Assembly: GCA_963826525.1 (NCBI GenBank)
Contig: CAWGXH010000003.1
Coordinates: 352,001-416,000, forward strand
From: an uncultured Methanomicrobiaceae archaeon
GTDB lineage: Archaea; Halobacteriota; Methanomicrobia; Methanomicrobiales; Methanoculleaceae
Length of the DNA stretch: 64,000 bases
Reading direction: 5' to 3'
Under the pieces are notes generated by a model. It was not told where the DNA came from. It made no database searches and worked only from the letters and a program-made list of their open reading frames with translations. Of the stretch, positions 1 to 12,226 are shown one piece after another (positions within the stretch are counted from its first letter, which is position 1; every line of letters starts with the position of its first letter). The translations under genes were made by a program, and so were the position numbers.

Positions 1-162
1 CGTCCGCCCCCGTCCGATATCGTGGAGGAGCGCGCCTGATTCCACGAGGTCGGCCCGCACCGTCGGATCGGCGGCAAACGTCAGTGCTACGTCGCGCACC
101 GCCCTGCAGTGCGCGATGACGCCGGGGCTGCACCCGGCGCGTTCGAGGTAGTGCTCACTCAA
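1..162 (-). CDS. HD-domain (HDIG, TIGR00295-like) protein, runs off the window edge
   Basis: Manual translation [22 protein letters not shown]...[10 protein letters not shown]; TTG start overlaps the tfe stop. Confidence 0.8.
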   Translation of the reverse strand, partial: MSEHYLERAGCSPGVIAHCRAVRDVALTFAADPTVRADLVESGALLHDIGRGRT

Positions 163-676
163 CGCCGAGACTCTCTTTGATCTTCTGGACGCGCTTGTGC
201 AGTGCGGTGACGAGGAGTTCGTTGTCGAAGTGGTCGAGCATCGTCTCGCAGTTCGGGCATTCGAAGTTCCAGTTCGCGGCATCGGTGAAGGTATAGATGA
301 CGCCGCAGTCCTTGCACATGTAAAAGTCGTTGCGCTCCTCGAAGTCGAGCCGGGCGTCCAGGTGCTCGATGACGTCTCTGATATTCTCCTCGATGACATC
401 GTGGATGCGATCGATCCGGAGGTGCCAGAGGTAGGTCAGCCAGCCCGTCTCGTTGTTCTTCAGCCTGCGGTACTCGGCGAGGCGTTTTTCATAGAGCGTA
501 TACAGCGTATGTCGAACGGTGTTGAGGTTGATGCCGGTCTTCTCGGCAAGTTCCTCGTCGCTGTACTCTCCCTCTTCTGGAAACCGCCGGATGAGTTCTA
601 TTCCGTTGTCACCGATCATGCGGTGAATATATGCAGTGACGGCGGGTTCGCTCAGCAGATCAGCAACGCTAGCCAT
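155..676 (-). CDS. tfe: Transcription factor E (TFE alpha)
   Basis: Winged helix ([31 protein letters not shown]) plus CxxC...CPNC Zn ribbon. Confidence 0.95.
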   Translation of the reverse strand: MASVADLLSEPAVTAYIHRMIGDNGIELIRRFPEEGEYSDEELAEKTGINLNTVRHTLYTLYEKRLAEYRRLKNNETGWLTYLWHLRIDRIHDVIEENIRDVIEHLDARLDFEERNDFYMCKDCGVIYTFTDAANWNFECPNCETMLDHFDNELLVTALHKRVQKIKESLGVE

Positions 677-1755
677 GCTCCATATATCTGCGGACGGTTG
701 TAATATGTGTATCTAGCATCCGAAGAGCGTCTTCGCGACTGCTCCCCCATCCGTAGACGCTCACGATCGCCTGCCCCTCCTCCGCCTCCGTTCCCGGCCA
801 GGGGATATCCGCGACGGCGGGGGCAAGACCCGCAAGATCGGCGCGGATCACAGAGTCCCGCTCGGCGAAGAGGATGCGCCGGACACAGACGCGTTTCTGT
901 TCCGGCATCCGTTCGGGAAGCCGTCCGCGGCAGGCGTCGACGTGCAGGCCGAAAGACGCTCATGCCGGTCGCCATCTCGACGGTGTCGAGCGTCGCCTGA
1001 AACCGGGGATTGATCTCGATAGCCCACGCATCGCTCCCGAGCATGAAGTCGACGCCGACCGATCCGAGGCAGCCGCTCGCGGCGACGATCTCCTCGGCAA
1101 TCCTCGCCATCCGATCGGCGAGCGGGTGGCCGGCCGGCGTGATCGAGCCGGCAAAACCGTGCGCGTATGCGCTCTTCCCGCGGAGGAGCTGCTCGTTCGT
1201 CGCGATCGCGAGGGCTCTCGTTCCGTCGGCGATGCAGGAGACGCTTGCCGGCATGCCGTCGACGACCTGCTGGGCGATATAGGGTGCATCCGGGAAGGCC
1301 TCCTCCCAGCGCCGGCGCTCCTCCCCGGAGCGGACGACGGCGTTCCGCCAGCCTCCGGCGCCGCGCCGGGGTTTGAGCATGGCCGGATACGCACCCTCCG
1401 CGGCGAGCGGCGGCACCGGAACCTTCAGTTCCTCGAAGAACCGCTGGATCTCCATCTTGTCGAGGTAGCGCTCGACCTTCGCCGGCGGCGTCCCGCAGAG
1501 GGGTATCGTCGTGCCGATCGTCTCGGCACCGCTCGTCACCACCAGCATATCGACGGAGTGGCGGTCGGCCATATCGATCACCCGGTCGTAGAGCTCGGCG
1601 AGCTCGTCGAACGTGCAGCAGTCCTTCGTATACCACCGGAGATCCTGGTCGCAGAAGTGATCGACCGCATAGACCTCGTATCCGGCACGGTGCGCGGACT
1701 GTGCCACGTGGCGCGTGGCAAACCCGGCAACGAGCACCCGTTCCTTCACGGTCAC
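669..1755 (-). CDS. ATP-grasp domain protein (one frameshift near 950)
   Basis: KPRRGAGG and [10 protein letters not shown] motifs; C-terminus continues in the 669..908 frame (ADIPWPG). Confidence 0.85.
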
Positions 1756-1759
1756 CCTC

Positions 1760-2284
1760 TCACTTCTCTACCGTCTTCTTCCCGATCTTGGACGGTTCGA
1801 TCCTGATGGCGGCGTCGGGATATTCGCGGTTCAACTCCGATCCCTCGAAGAGGTGGTCGAGGAAGAGAGCGAGGCTCGAGATCTCCGAGTGCGGCTGCGT
1901 GGTGACCGAGACGTTGTAGTCGGCCATCGCGTAGACATCTCCCGGAACCTTCTCGGCCCCGACGACGACGAGCACTTTCTCGGCACTCCGAATCTCGCCG
2001 ATCACGTCGGTCATCCGGAGCCCGTACATGGTGAGGTGCACGACGGTGCCGCCGCCCGCCTTCCAGTCCTCGATGCACCCTTTCCACGCCACCTTATCTT
2101 CCGCAAAAAAGTCTCCCCCCCAGCGGTCGACCACATCACGGATGCTTTTCACGACGCCGGAGTCGTTCGCGGCGAGGTACATGCCGCGTGCCCCGAGCGC
2201 CCGGGCCGCAAGCCCGACGTGGGTCGTGACGCGCTGATCGCGTTCCGGCCGGTGCCCGACGCGGAGAATAGCAACTTCCGGCAT
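1760..2284 (-). CDS. trm56: tRNA (cytidine56-2'-O)-methyltransferase aTrm56
   Basis: [49 protein letters not shown]. Confidence 0.95.
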   Translation of the reverse strand: MPEVAILRVGHRPERDQRVTTHVGLAARALGARGMYLAANDSGVVKSIRDVVDRWGGDFFAEDKVAWKGCIEDWKAGGGTVVHLTMYGLRMTDVIGEIRSAEKVLVVVGAEKVPGDVYAMADYNVSVTTQPHSEISSLALFLDHLFEGSELNREYPDAAIRIEPSKIGKKTVEK

Positions 2285-2562
2285 TATCGATCGTTCCTGG
2301 CTTTGATGACCCCGTTCTCGATGACGAACGGGAGGTCGTCCATGGCATTCTTCAGTCTGCACGACATCAGCGAGTCCTGAATGGAGAGCACCTGCAGGTG
2401 CTCCCCGCTCCTCCCGATGAGGTGATACCGCTCGAGCCGCTCGACCGAGGATGAAACGATCGAAAGGTCATGCCCGGTGCCGGCGGCGAGTTCGTCCGGC
2501 GTGATGCCGTTCTGCCCGGCGATCCGGTGATAGAGTAACCAGTCCAGGTCTTCTTCGCGCAC
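2284..2562 (-). CDS. Small winged-helix (MarR-like) protein
   Basis: 92 aa, HTH-like [11 protein letters not shown]...SSSVERLE. Confidence 0.6.
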   Translation of the reverse strand: MREEDLDWLLYHRIAGQNGITPDELAAGTGHDLSIVSSSVERLERYHLIGRSGEHLQVLSIQDSLMSCRLKNAMDDLPFVIENGVIKARNDR

Positions 2563-2682
2563 ATATAGTCTTTCTTTTACGGGTGCGATATAGTTTGTTC
2601 ATATGCGTCTCCGGAAGGCTTTTTCCGGCCGGAGTTCGTATGGAAAAGAGACGGAAACTTTCTGCAGGCACCGGGGATAAGG

Positions 2683-3078
2683 ATGACGACGGATTACTAT
2701 GAACTGGCGGCTCTTGCCGATAGCCTCTTTACGATCAGCGATGAAGACGAAGAGAAACTGGCCGGACTGCTCGACGAGCTCGACCCCGGCGTGCGCAGGG
2801 AACTGCTCTCCTCCGACCTCTTAAACGCATATCAGGTCTTTTACTACTACTTCCGCGAGACGCCGGACGAGCTCGTGCAGGACCGCCTGCTGCTGCACGC
2901 CGCATCCGATCTTGGAGGAGGTCTCCTCATCGAGGAGTACGATATCTACGAGGTCATCCTCGCCGTGAAGGACGAACTGCCGGTGATCGTCGTCACCGAC
3001 GGCGATGAGGAGACGGCACGGTTCTCCGGCCGCTCGGCATATCGCGAGATGATGGCGTACCTGAGCACGGGGCCGTGA
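2683..3078 (+). CDS. Hypothetical acidic protein
   Basis: 131 aa ORF with host-like codon usage filling the intergenic gap. Confidence 0.7.
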   Translation: MTTDYYELAALADSLFTISDEDEEKLAGLLDELDPGVRRELLSSDLLNAYQVFYYYFRETPDELVQDRLLLHAASDLGGGLLIEEYDIYEVILAVKDELPVIVVTDGDEETARFSGRSAYREMMAYLSTGP

Positions 3079-3081
3079 CGG

Positions 3082-3798
3082 TCACAGAATCCCTCTCCCC
3101 GACGTGATCAGCCGGTCGCTGACGTCCGCCTGGATGATCTCGGGGAGAGAGCCCCACCGCATGACCTGCTCGCCGAGGATCGCGAGCACCCCGGTTACTG
3201 CCGATCCGGGGAGCGCGGCGAAGGCCTGGTCGTCGTCGGCGCCTATCCTGTTGCAGAGCCCGGTCGCCCAGGCGTCCGCCGCCGCAACGTCGGGTGAGAA
3301 GACGATGACGGCATCGGCGACGCCGAAACTGACGGACGGGCCGACGGTTGCGGACGACGTGCAGATTCCGAGGATCCCGTTCGGGGGCGGGACGACGAAG
3401 GCGAAACGGCTTGAGAGGGGCGAGTCTCCCGCGTAGATGCCGACCCGAACCGGGCGGTCGGCCATGAGCGCGATATCGCCGCCGTTGTCGACGATACCGA
3501 ACGCTGCCCCCGCTTCCTGCATCGCCTCGACCCCGGCCCACGCTATCGTCCCGGCGACCGCGGCCATCGGGCCGACGCCGGCGGCATACCCGGCACGCGC
3601 CATCCGGGTAACCGTCCTGGCTTCGGATGCCGGCAGGTAAGGCTCGAAGGTGGCGGCAAAAAAGGGATCGACGGTGATATGCCGCTCAAGCTCCTGCCGT
3701 GCGGCGAGCATCCCCTCTTTTGCAGCCTCAATATGAGGTTGCTTATCTCCGAGGATGGTCGCTATCGTCTCGCGAAACTGGAAATGTTCGCGGATCAT
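3082..3798 (-). CDS. UPF0280 / ApbE-like (COG2122) sulfur-assimilation protein
   Basis: VGPMAAVAG, VDNGGDIA, GICTSSATVGPSVSFGVADA motifs. Confidence 0.9.
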   Translation of the reverse strand: MIREHFQFRETIATILGDKQPHIEAAKEGMLAARQELERHITVDPFFAATFEPYLPASEARTVTRMARAGYAAGVGPMAAVAGTIAWAGVEAMQEAGAAFGIVDNGGDIALMADRPVRVGIYAGDSPLSSRFAFVVPPPNGILGICTSSATVGPSVSFGVADAVIVFSPDVAAADAWATGLCNRIGADDDQAFAALPGSAVTGVLAILGEQVMRWGSLPEIIQADVSDRLITSGRGIL

Positions 3799-4202
3799 TG
3801 CTGCTGGGAGAGCGCCTGGTGCGGGCATGCCCTGATGCACTTCCCGCAGAGGACGCAGAGCCCTTCCCGGAGGTGTATCCGCCATTCTTCATCGAAGTAG
3901 AAGACCTTCTGGGGGCAGATACCGATGCAGACGCCGCAGTCGATGCACTCCGCCTCGTCCCTGACGATGGCGTCCTCAAGCGAGCGGACGGTGATCCCCA
4001 TCTCTTCCATGCGCCGCCGGATGAGGTCTGCGTCGGCGTCCGGCACGTCGATTAAGACCTCGCCTGCCGTCGAGTTGATGTTGGCCTTCTCGACGTTGAT
4101 CAGAACGCCGGTCTCCTTGACGAGGCTCGCGATAACCGGTTGCCGGCCCGGGTCTTTCTCGCTCCTCCTGCAGAAGGTCAGCAGGAGTTTCATCGCTGCC
4201 AC
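3795..4202 (-). CDS. NIL domain plus 2x[4Fe-4S] ferredoxin (homocysteine-synthesis partner, MA1822-like)
   Basis: NIL-type N-terminus and two CxxCxxCxxxCP motifs; adjacent to the DUF39-CBS gene. Confidence 0.9.
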   Translation of the reverse strand: MAAMKLLLTFCRRSEKDPGRQPVIASLVKETGVLINVEKANINSTAGEVLIDVPDADADLIRRRMEEMGITVRSLEDAIVRDEAECIDCGVCIGICPQKVFYFDEEWRIHLREGLCVLCGKCIRACPHQALSQQQ

Positions 4203-5700
4203 CTCCCGCCGAAGAGCTTCCCGAGATCGATCGCCGAGAGGATGCCGACGACCCGGTTCTCCGTATCCACGACCGGGAGTGCGCTGATATTATTCTTCTC
4301 GAGTTTCTGCGCTGCGATATCCACGGGCTCCTCCGGGGTGGCCTTGATCACCCGCTTCGTCATGATATCCCGGACCAGACGGTGTTTGCCGTCGCCGACG
4401 ACGGCCTTCGAGACGTCGTAGGTCGTCACGATCCCGACCAGCACGCCGCTTTTGTCGAGAACGGGCAGGTGGTTCGTCTCCCCTTTGAGCAGTTTCCGCG
4501 CGGCCGTCCGTATCTCCTCGTCTTCGGTGATGCTGACGACCTTCTTGTTCATGATCTCCCTGAACGCGGGGTGCCCGTGCGGTCTCCCGCATCGGATGCG
4601 CTTTTCTGGTCGGGCTGATCCGCCGGGTGGGGAGCGCGAGCTCCATGCTCCCTGCCTCGATCCATCGTTTCAGTTCGGCCGCAACCTCCCGGGCTTTCCG
4701 GTAGCTCGAGAGCGACGAGGTCTGTATCGTCTCGCCTCCTATCTCGATGCTGCCGCTCTTCGAGCTCCGCATAACTGACTGTTTTGAGCGACGGGCGGTC
4801 GCGCCTCGGCACACTGTAGTCGATGACGTCGGTCAGGATATCCTCGTCCCGGACCGCCGTGCTCCTGACGGTTTCGATGTCGATGACCGGGATGGGGACG
4901 CCGACGCCCACGTAGAGGGTCACGCCGTATCCGTTCATCACCGCGGCACGCAGGTACTCCTGGCGCATCTGTTTCATATCCCCCGTCACCATCAGCGTCC
5001 CGAACCCGGCTCCGGCGGAGTGCTGCGTGCCTTCGCCGATAACCATCCCCTGCGCTCCACCGAGGAAGATCGGCACGCCGCTGCCGATGAGGCGGAACTG
5101 CGGGTCGTTCGGAAGCGGGGAGAGAGCCCCGGCGCCCGAGTAGGTGATGTTGCCGCACTTCGGGAGCAGCGTTCCCATGTAGGTTGAGAGGGTGCGGTCG
5201 GTCGTGTTTATCGCGGCGTTGTAGCGCTGGTAGGAGTTTCGGGGGTTGACCATGATCGCCTGGTTCAGCTCCTCGAGGAGGAGCTCGGTGGTGATCGTGC
5301 GCCGCGGGTAGCAGTCGGTCCCATGTGACGTCGCCCGGAGTTCGACGGTGTTCCCGGCAACCAGATCCTCAAGGACATGGGCGCCGCCGTACGTATCGCC
5401 GAGGCTCGCAGAACCCTGTGTCGCTCCCAGGTATGCATCGACCGCGGCTATCCCGCCGTAGGCCTCCACGTCGTTGAGCCAGACCCGCTGCATCCGTATC
5501 GGGGGATCGGCGTGCCCAAAGTTGAAGAACGCGCCTGACGAGCACATTGCCCCGAATGTTCCTGTCGTGACGACATCGACCTCGTTAAGCGCTCCCTCCT
5601 CCCCGAGTTCGTCGACGATGGCGGGCATCTCTTCGGCCGTGACGACCCGGACATTGCCATCGCGAATTCGGGAATTGATGATCTCGAGGGACTTTTCCAT
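4190..5700 (-). CDS. DUF39-CBS homocysteine biosynthesis protein (aspartate semialdehyde sulfurtransferase, MA1821-like), frameshifted
   Basis: VDVVTTGTFGAMCSSGA, NPRNSYQRY; tandem CBS pair in 4190..4552; pieces lie in three frames. Confidence 0.9.
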
Positions 5701-5792
5701 GCGTATATGTCCTCTCAAGAATATTTATAGGTGTTGGCTATTACTTTGGGTAATATGACGTCTTTTATCCCATGATTGCACAGGAGTACGTA

Positions 5793-6503
5793 ATGGAGAT
5801 TGGCAGGTTTATTCAGGAGATGGAACGAGTTGCCCCCCCGGGCCTCGCCGAGGAGTTCGATACGGGGCGGATCGGGCTCATCGTCGAGGGGAAACCGGAG
5901 ATCGAGACGGTCGCTACCGCTCTCGACGCCACGCCGGCCGTCGTCGACCGGGCCATCGCTCTCGGGGCGGATATGCTGGTCGTGCACCACACCCCCCTCT
6001 GGCAGCCGGTCAACGCTGTCAGGGGCGGGACGATGCGTCTCCTCCGCCGGATCCTCGGTGCCGACCTGAACGTCTACGTCATGCACACGAACTTCGACCG
6101 TGCCCCGGGCGGGGTCAACGATACGCTCGCCTCGATCCTCGGGCTCGAGAATGTCGCTCCCCTCTCGCTCGGACTCGTCGGGGATACGCACCTTTCTCTC
6201 GAGGAACTGGCACGGCGGCTTTCGCCCGGGGGCTTGCGGGTCTTCGGCGAAGCAGGCCTCCCGGGCAGGCTCGCCGTCGTCGGCGGAAGCGGGTTTGATC
6301 CGGTGATCATCGACGAGGCGGCGGCCCACGGAGCGGACGCATTCCTCTCCGCCGAGCTGAAGCACAGCGTCGCCCGTAGCGCCCCTATCCCCTGCATCGA
6401 GGCGACGCACTACGCCCTCGAGGCGCCGGCGATGGAGGCACTTGCATCCCGCATGAGCTGGCATTTTATCCCCGATCCGCCAAACGTGGTACTGCTGCCA
6501 TGA
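5793..6503 (+). CDS. Nif3-like dinuclear metal-centre protein
   Basis: ALDAT, VVHHTPLW, MHTNFDRAPGGVND, ATHYALE. Confidence 0.9.
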   Translation: MEIGRFIQEMERVAPPGLAEEFDTGRIGLIVEGKPEIETVATALDATPAVVDRAIALGADMLVVHHTPLWQPVNAVRGGTMRLLRRILGADLNVYVMHTNFDRAPGGVNDTLASILGLENVAPLSLGLVGDTHLSLEELARRLSPGGLRVFGEAGLPGRLAVVGGSGFDPVIIDEAAAHGADAFLSAELKHSVARSAPIPCIEATHYALEAPAMEALASRMSWHFIPDPPNVVLLP

Positions 6504-6817
6504 ACGAACTATGGCCGGGTCTCGACCGGGAGTGCATTCTCGATGCGGAGTATCGCGACCGGATCGTCCGGGAATACAAAGAGCGCGGGCGAAAAGCGCT
6601 CCGGGCGGTGGAAGAAGGAAGGGTGAAACGCTACCTCGACTTCTTCGTCGTCGTCGGGCGAAGCGACGAATACGTCGTGGAGAGCGACTTCTGCACCTGC
6701 AGTGATTTCGTCTTTCGCGGCTGCGAGTGCTGGCACATTCTCGCGGTGCGGATAGCGGAAGAGACGGGGCTCTATGAGTCCTTCGACCTCTGGTATCAGG
6801 ACACATGGAAGCCGTAA
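6500..6817 (+). CDS. SWIM zinc-finger protein
   Basis: CTCSDF...CWHILA SWIM motif. Confidence 0.85.
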   Translation: MNELWPGLDRECILDAEYRDRIVREYKERGRKALRAVEEGRVKRYLDFFVVVGRSDEYVVESDFCTCSDFVFRGCECWHILAVRIAEETGLYESFDLWYQDTWKP

Positions 6818-6879
6818 TCGGCCGAGTCCAAACACATTTATCGTTCGCAGAAGAATAGATTATTAATACGTGATTCTCA

Positions 6880-9622
6880 ATGCTCGAAGAAGAATATACG
6901 CTTGACTATTTTAAATCCCAGGGCCTTGAGCGGAAGGTATGCAAAAGGTGCGGGGCGGCGTTCTGGACTCGGGACCCGGAACGGGAGTTCTGCGGAGACG
7001 CTCCTTGCGTACACTACGACTTCATCGGCAGCCCGGTCTTCACCCCCCACACCGTCGACGAGATGCGCGAAGCATTTCTCTCCTTCTTTGAGCGCCACGG
7101 CCACACCCGGCTCGAGCGCTATCCGGTGGCCGCCCGGTGGAGAGACGATATCTACCTGACGATCGCGTCCATCGCAGACTTCCAGCCCTATGTGACGAGC
7201 GGCGTCGTCCCGCCGCCGGCAAACCCGCTGACCATCTCGCAGCCCTGTATCCGGCTCAACGACCTCGACTCGGTGGGCAGGTCCGGCCGCCACCTGACGC
7301 AGTTCGAGATGATGGCGCACCACGCCTTCAACACCAAAAACGAGGAGATATACTGGAAGGACGAGACGGTCGCTCTCTGCGAGGAGTTCATCGCATCTAT
7401 CGGCGGCGATCTCGACGCCGTCACCTATAAAGAGCACCCGTGGATGGGCGGCGGGAACGCAGGGCCTTCCGTCGAGGTGCTCATCGGCGGGCTCGAGGTC
7501 GCGACGCTCGTCTTCATGAACCTCGGGCGGCAGAAGACCGCTCACCCGCCGGTCGAACTCGGAGGAGTTCCCTACTATCCGATGGATCTCCGTATCGTCG
7601 ATACCGGATACGGGCTCGAACGGTTCGTCTGGGCGTCCCGCGGTTCGCCGACGATCTACGATGCGGTCTTCCCCGAGATGGTGAGCCGCCTGATGCACTC
7701 CGCCAACCTCGAACACCTGCTCGATAACGACGAGTTCACGACGATCCTCGGGATGAACGCCCGGTTCGCCGGCGTCATGGATATCTCCGGGCCGAACCTG
7801 GCCATCCTTCGAAGGAGGGTGGCGGAGGCGATCGACGTTCCGATCGAGAAGCTCGAACGGATGATCGGCCCGATCGAGAAGGTCTACGCCATCGCCGACC
7901 ATACCCGGTGCCTCGCCTATATGCTCGGCGACTGCATCGTCCCGTCGAACGTCCGCGAGGGATACCTCGCCCGCCTGGTGCTCCGCCGGACGCTCCGGAT
8001 GATGAACGATCTTTCGATGGAGGAGGATATCGCCGACCTCATCGAGCAGCAGATGCGGACCGTGGGGATGGATGCCTTCGAGCAGGACCTCGACGTTGTC
8101 CGGGAGATCGTTGCGAACGAGGTCGGCAAATACGCGACCACGCTCGAACGCGGAACCCGTACCGTCCAGAAGCTCGCGAAGACCTACACGCAGAAGCACG
8201 AGCCCGTCCCTCTCGCCGAGGTGATCACCCTCTACGATTCTCACGGCATACCGCCCGAGACGGTCAGAGAGGTCGCCGCGGCCGAGGGAGCCGTCGTCGA
8301 GGTGCCCGACAATTTCTACTCCCTGATCGCCGATCTCCACTCCGAGTCGCAGAAGGAGGTAGGAGCGGATCCGCTCGCCGCGTACCGTGAGCGGGTAGAT
8401 TCACTCCCGCCGACGAAGAAACTCTTCTACGACCAGACGGCGGATATCGAGTTCGAGGCGATGGTTCTCGACTACTTCGACGGCTACATTGTTCTGGACC
8501 AGACCCTCTTCTACCCGGAAGGCGGCGGTCAGCCGTCCGATACCGGCACCCTCGTCACCTCGGACAGCATGGTCCGGATCGACGAGGCGATCAAGGTCGG
8601 CGAGGTTATCCTGCACCGCACGAGAGGCGGGGTCCTGAAACGGGGAGAGCGGGTCAAGGGCATGGTCGACGAGGAGCGGCGCTGGTCGCTGATGCGGCAC
8701 CACACGGCGACGCACGTCCTGCTCCACGCCGCGAAGGAGGTGCTCGGAGCACACATCCACCAGGCCGGTGCCCAGAAGGGAAGCGAGACCTCACGGCTTG
8801 ATATCAGGCACTACCGCCACATCACCCCCGAGGAACTGAAGAGGATCGAGGTCCAGGCGAACCGTATGGTCATGGCCGACCTTCCGATCTATATCCGCAC
8901 CGAGGAGCGCACCCGGGCGGAGCAGAAGTACGGGTTTACCCTCTACCAGGGAGGCGTGCCTCCCGGACGGGAGATCAGGACGGTGCAGGTCGGCGGAGAC
9001 GTCCAGGCATGTGCGGGGACGCACTGCCGCACGACCGGCGAGGTCGGGCCCATCAAGATCGTCACCGTCGAGCATATCCAGGACGGTGTCGAGCGGATCG
9101 TCTTTGCTGCGGGTGTGGCAGCGATCCACTATATGCAGCACGTTGACGCTCTCCTCAGCAGCGCCGCCGACGTGGTGAGCGTGCAGCCGGAGTATCTCCC
9201 GGCGACCGTGACCCGGTTCTTCTCGGAGTGGAAGGAGCAGAAGAAGGAGATCGAGCGGCTGGCGCAGAAGGTCGTCGAGCTCGAGAAGCAGAATCTCGAA
9301 GGGGAGGTCGTCGGCGGCGTGCAGATCGTGGTCAAACGGATCGATGCGGCCGCCAAAGAGCTCGTCGCGCTTGCGGGCAGCATCTCGGATGCGGGCGGGG
9401 TCGCCCTCCTCGTCGGCGTGAACGAGAAAGCGACCGTCGTTGCGACGTCCGGGAACCCGGCCGTCAACGCGGCGGATATCGTCAGGGAAGTCTCGGGGAT
9501 CCTCGGCGGCCGGGGCGGCGGGAAACCGAACCTCGCACAGGGCGCCGGGCCCGATACTTCCCGCGTCGAGCAGGCGCTCGAGGCTCGGGCGAAAGCAGAT
9601 CATCGAAGCACTCCATGGCTGA
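6880..9622 (+). CDS. alaS: Alanine--tRNA ligase (indel near the C-terminus)
   Basis: YPVAARWRDD, SQPCIR, FEMMAHH, DTGYGLER, HHTATH editing domain, GGRGGGK; true end RKQIIEALHG in the 9440..9622 frame. Confidence 0.97.
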
Positions 9623-10292
9623 AGACGTTGTTGTACTCCAATCCGGCGACGAGCGGGCGCAGAGGATCGCCAAAGCCATGGCGAGCCAGACCGCCAACGA
9701 TATGATCCAGGCGTTCGGCGGCAGATCGATGACCTCGACGGAGGTCGCCGGACACCTCAATATCCCGGTGACCACCGCGACCTACCATATCGAGAACCTG
9801 CTCGACGCCGGGATCCTCGAGGTGGCCGATACCCGCTGGAGCAAGAAGGGGCGCGAGGTCAAGATCTACGGCCTCACGAACCAGGTGCTGATCATCGCTC
9901 CGCCGGTGAGCGATCTCCGGTCGGTCCTGCAGAAGTACACGGCGCTTTTCGGTGTCTTTCTCATTATGAGCATGGCGCTTTTCGGCGTCCTCCCCGTCCT
10001 GCTGCCGGACATCGGCGTGCCGGACGACGGCGGCATGCTCTCGACCCGGGGGTCGTACGCGCCGTCTATCGCAGGCGCCGGGGAGAATGCGGAAAAGGTC
10101 GTCAGTACGCCGGCGCCCGTCGACCAGGCGTCCATCGTCCCGCCGGTTCCCTTCGCATCCCTGACGATCCACGATCTCGTGATGGCGTTCTTCTTCGGCG
10201 GGTGCCTGGTGCTGTTTGCCCTGATGCTCTACGAGCTCCACTACTGGTGGCGCTCGTCACCCGGCTACGCCCTCAGGAGAAAAGACGAGTAA
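9615..10292 (+). CDS. ArsR-type HTH regulator with two transmembrane segments
   Basis: IAKAMASQTA...TSTEVA...YHIENLLDAG, WSKKGREVKIY; two hydrophobic helices follow. Confidence 0.85.
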   Translation: MAEDVVVLQSGDERAQRIAKAMASQTANDMIQAFGGRSMTSTEVAGHLNIPVTTATYHIENLLDAGILEVADTRWSKKGREVKIYGLTNQVLIIAPPVSDLRSVLQKYTALFGVFLIMSMALFGVLPVLLPDIGVPDDGGMLSTRGSYAPSIAGAGENAEKVVSTPAPVDQASIVPPVPFASLTIHDLVMAFFFGGCLVLFALMLYELHYWWRSSPGYALRRKDE

Positions 10293-10389
10293 TACTTTTT
10301 TCAGGCTACCGTCGCTCGTTTCCGCTCCCTGACGGGAGATCCGCCCTCTCACGACAGCCCTGATGCGGGTGCTCCAGCCGGCATTGCCC

Positions 10390-10405
10390 TTCACATTCCG
10401 CAGGT
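10390..10405. mobile_element. Putative IS1634-type terminal inverted repeat (right end)
   Basis: CACATTCCGCAGGT, an imperfect inverted match (TCCGCAG core) to 15831-15845 beside the transposase remnant. Confidence 0.45.
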
Positions 10406-10459
10406 CTCCAGTCAGATATAGTCCAGGAGTTACGCAGTTGGTGCCGTGTTGCATAGAGC

Positions 10460-10491
10460 CCATCAAATCATGACCCTCTCTGATTTGATGG
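10460..10491. repeat. Perfect 11-bp inverted repeat with a 10-nt spacer
   Basis: CCATCAAATCA-tgaccctctc-TGATTTGATGG at the 5' break of the toxin gene. Confidence 0.85.
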
Positions 10492-10519
10492 TCCTTCTTC
10501 TCTTCCACGGGTACCCTCC

Positions 10520-12192
10520 GGCAGCGCCTTCATATCTTCAATTCCGAGTCCCTCTTTAATCTATATCGACGGCGTCTACCGCGGTAAGCGCACGCGCCTC
10601 TCGTTCTCAACAACATCCTCGCAGGGAACCACACGATTGAAGCAAGGAAAGATGGGTACACTCCCGCTACCCAGAATCTACGGATCTTTGCCGGGAGTAC
10701 GTCATATGCTCGCTTATATCCGGTTTACGCTGGTGAAAGCGGCACAATTATTGTAAACTCCTCACCCCCCCGGCGCAACCGTATCCGTCGACTGCATACC
10801 GGTCGGATTTACATCAGAGGAGACCGGCATCTTTACTCGAAACTACGTCACCGTCGGATCGCACCTCGTCGACGTGGCAAAAGAAAATTATAGCGCATAT
10901 AACGAACTCGTTTACGTTGCAAACGGCACAACGGTCGTCGTAAATGCGTCTCTCGATCTGGCGGACGACGGCGACGGTCTCAACTTCACCTGATGAAAAT
11001 GGCTTTAGAGACGGCTTCGGCAACTGGCACGTCACCGATCCGAACCTCATCGACACCGACGGCGACGGCCTCTCCGACGGCTACGAGGCGGGATATCTCA
11101 TCACCGTGGGCGGAAAGGATACCACAAGCAGCGGAGCGACCCGAACCTGGTGGATACCGACGACGACGGGCTCGACGATTTCATGGAGGATTACCTGCGC
11201 ACCGACCCGTATGATCCCGAAACCGATCACGATCTCATCAAAGACGGGGAAGACGACGAACCTCTTGTCCCCATATATCTCCGGTATGCAACGGATCGGA
11301 TTCGTGACGAGATTGCGCTCCGGCTCGGTGCCGTCTTCGGAGAAACCGGCCTGAAGGGCGAAGCATGTAACGGATTGATTGGCGGAGACGTTTTTGCATC
11401 CACGCCGGCGTACGTTGCCGGCTGGATCATTTCAGGCCTCGCGGCAATTGGAGACGTCCGTGATTTCCTGTATGCGGCATCGCAATTCGATACTATCGGG
11501 GCAACACTCACCGGGCTGGGTATTGTCCCATACTTCGGCGATTGCGAAAAGACTGCCGCCGATATCGCAAAATGGATCGGAAAATATCCTGAAGGCATAC
11601 GTCCTCTGGCGAAATTGTTGGTCGAACAGAGAATCATTGATATTTTCGACGAGAGTGACCGGCTGAAGATCATCGACGACTTCTTCCCGGCGCGGGCGGA
11701 CGGCGTGAAGGTCGGGACGTATCTGAACACGAGAGTGATGACCTCGGTGTGGACGACCTTGCGAAGATGATGGGCCGCGGCGCCGATCTCTCCGACGTTG
11801 TTCATGTTATCAAGGTTGGAGATGATGCGATACCGCTTACGGCGACGAGGGAAGGCCATTATGTCGCTCGTCACGTTACCGGAACGGAAGGCGTTGATGA
11901 CCCCACCTCGTTTTTCCCGACGACAGAACGCGTCATTAGAAATGGCGAGCCGAACCCGGGTACTTCGTCAATGACGCCGGAGGCTATGCAAGCACAAATC
12001 ATCGACTGGATCAAGGAAGCACTACCTCGGGATCCAACTCTAACTGAGTGGCCAAAACAAAAGAAAATCGTAACTTTGGATCTTGAACCTGAAGTTGCGG
12101 GAGTTGGACGAATACAAATAGTTGTTCAAGGAGATACTGGAGTACATACAGTCATTCCAATACATGGCTCTCAGGTTTATAAGGTACGCTAA
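10520..12192 (+). pseudogene. Polymorphic toxin: 2 PEGA domains, DxDxDG Ca-binding repeats, pre-toxin (TG-like) segment, C-terminal putative RNase tip; 5'-truncated and split over several frames
   Basis: Manual translation: IYIDGVYRGK..GNHTIEARKDGY; IIVNSSPPGATVSVD..GSHLVDVAKENY; DTDGDGLSDGYE; DTDDDGLDDFME; IGDVRD..LGIVPYFGD; GHYVARH..SFFP..IQIVVQGDTGVHTVIP. Confidence 0.75.
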
Positions 12193-12226
12193 CGGCCAAT
12201 GGTACCCAACACGGTAGGAGATAACA

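Noticed and set aside
3082-5700. DUF39-CBS / NIL-ferredoxin / UPF0280 cluster as a novel system
   Set aside because: Already described as the methanogen homocysteine and sulfide-assimilation gene set.
9228-10292. Apparent alaS-regulator overlap or extended 354-aa ORF
   Set aside because: The alaS read-through comes from the indel near its end, and the regulator ORF is extended to an upstream ATG; the regulator starts at 9615.
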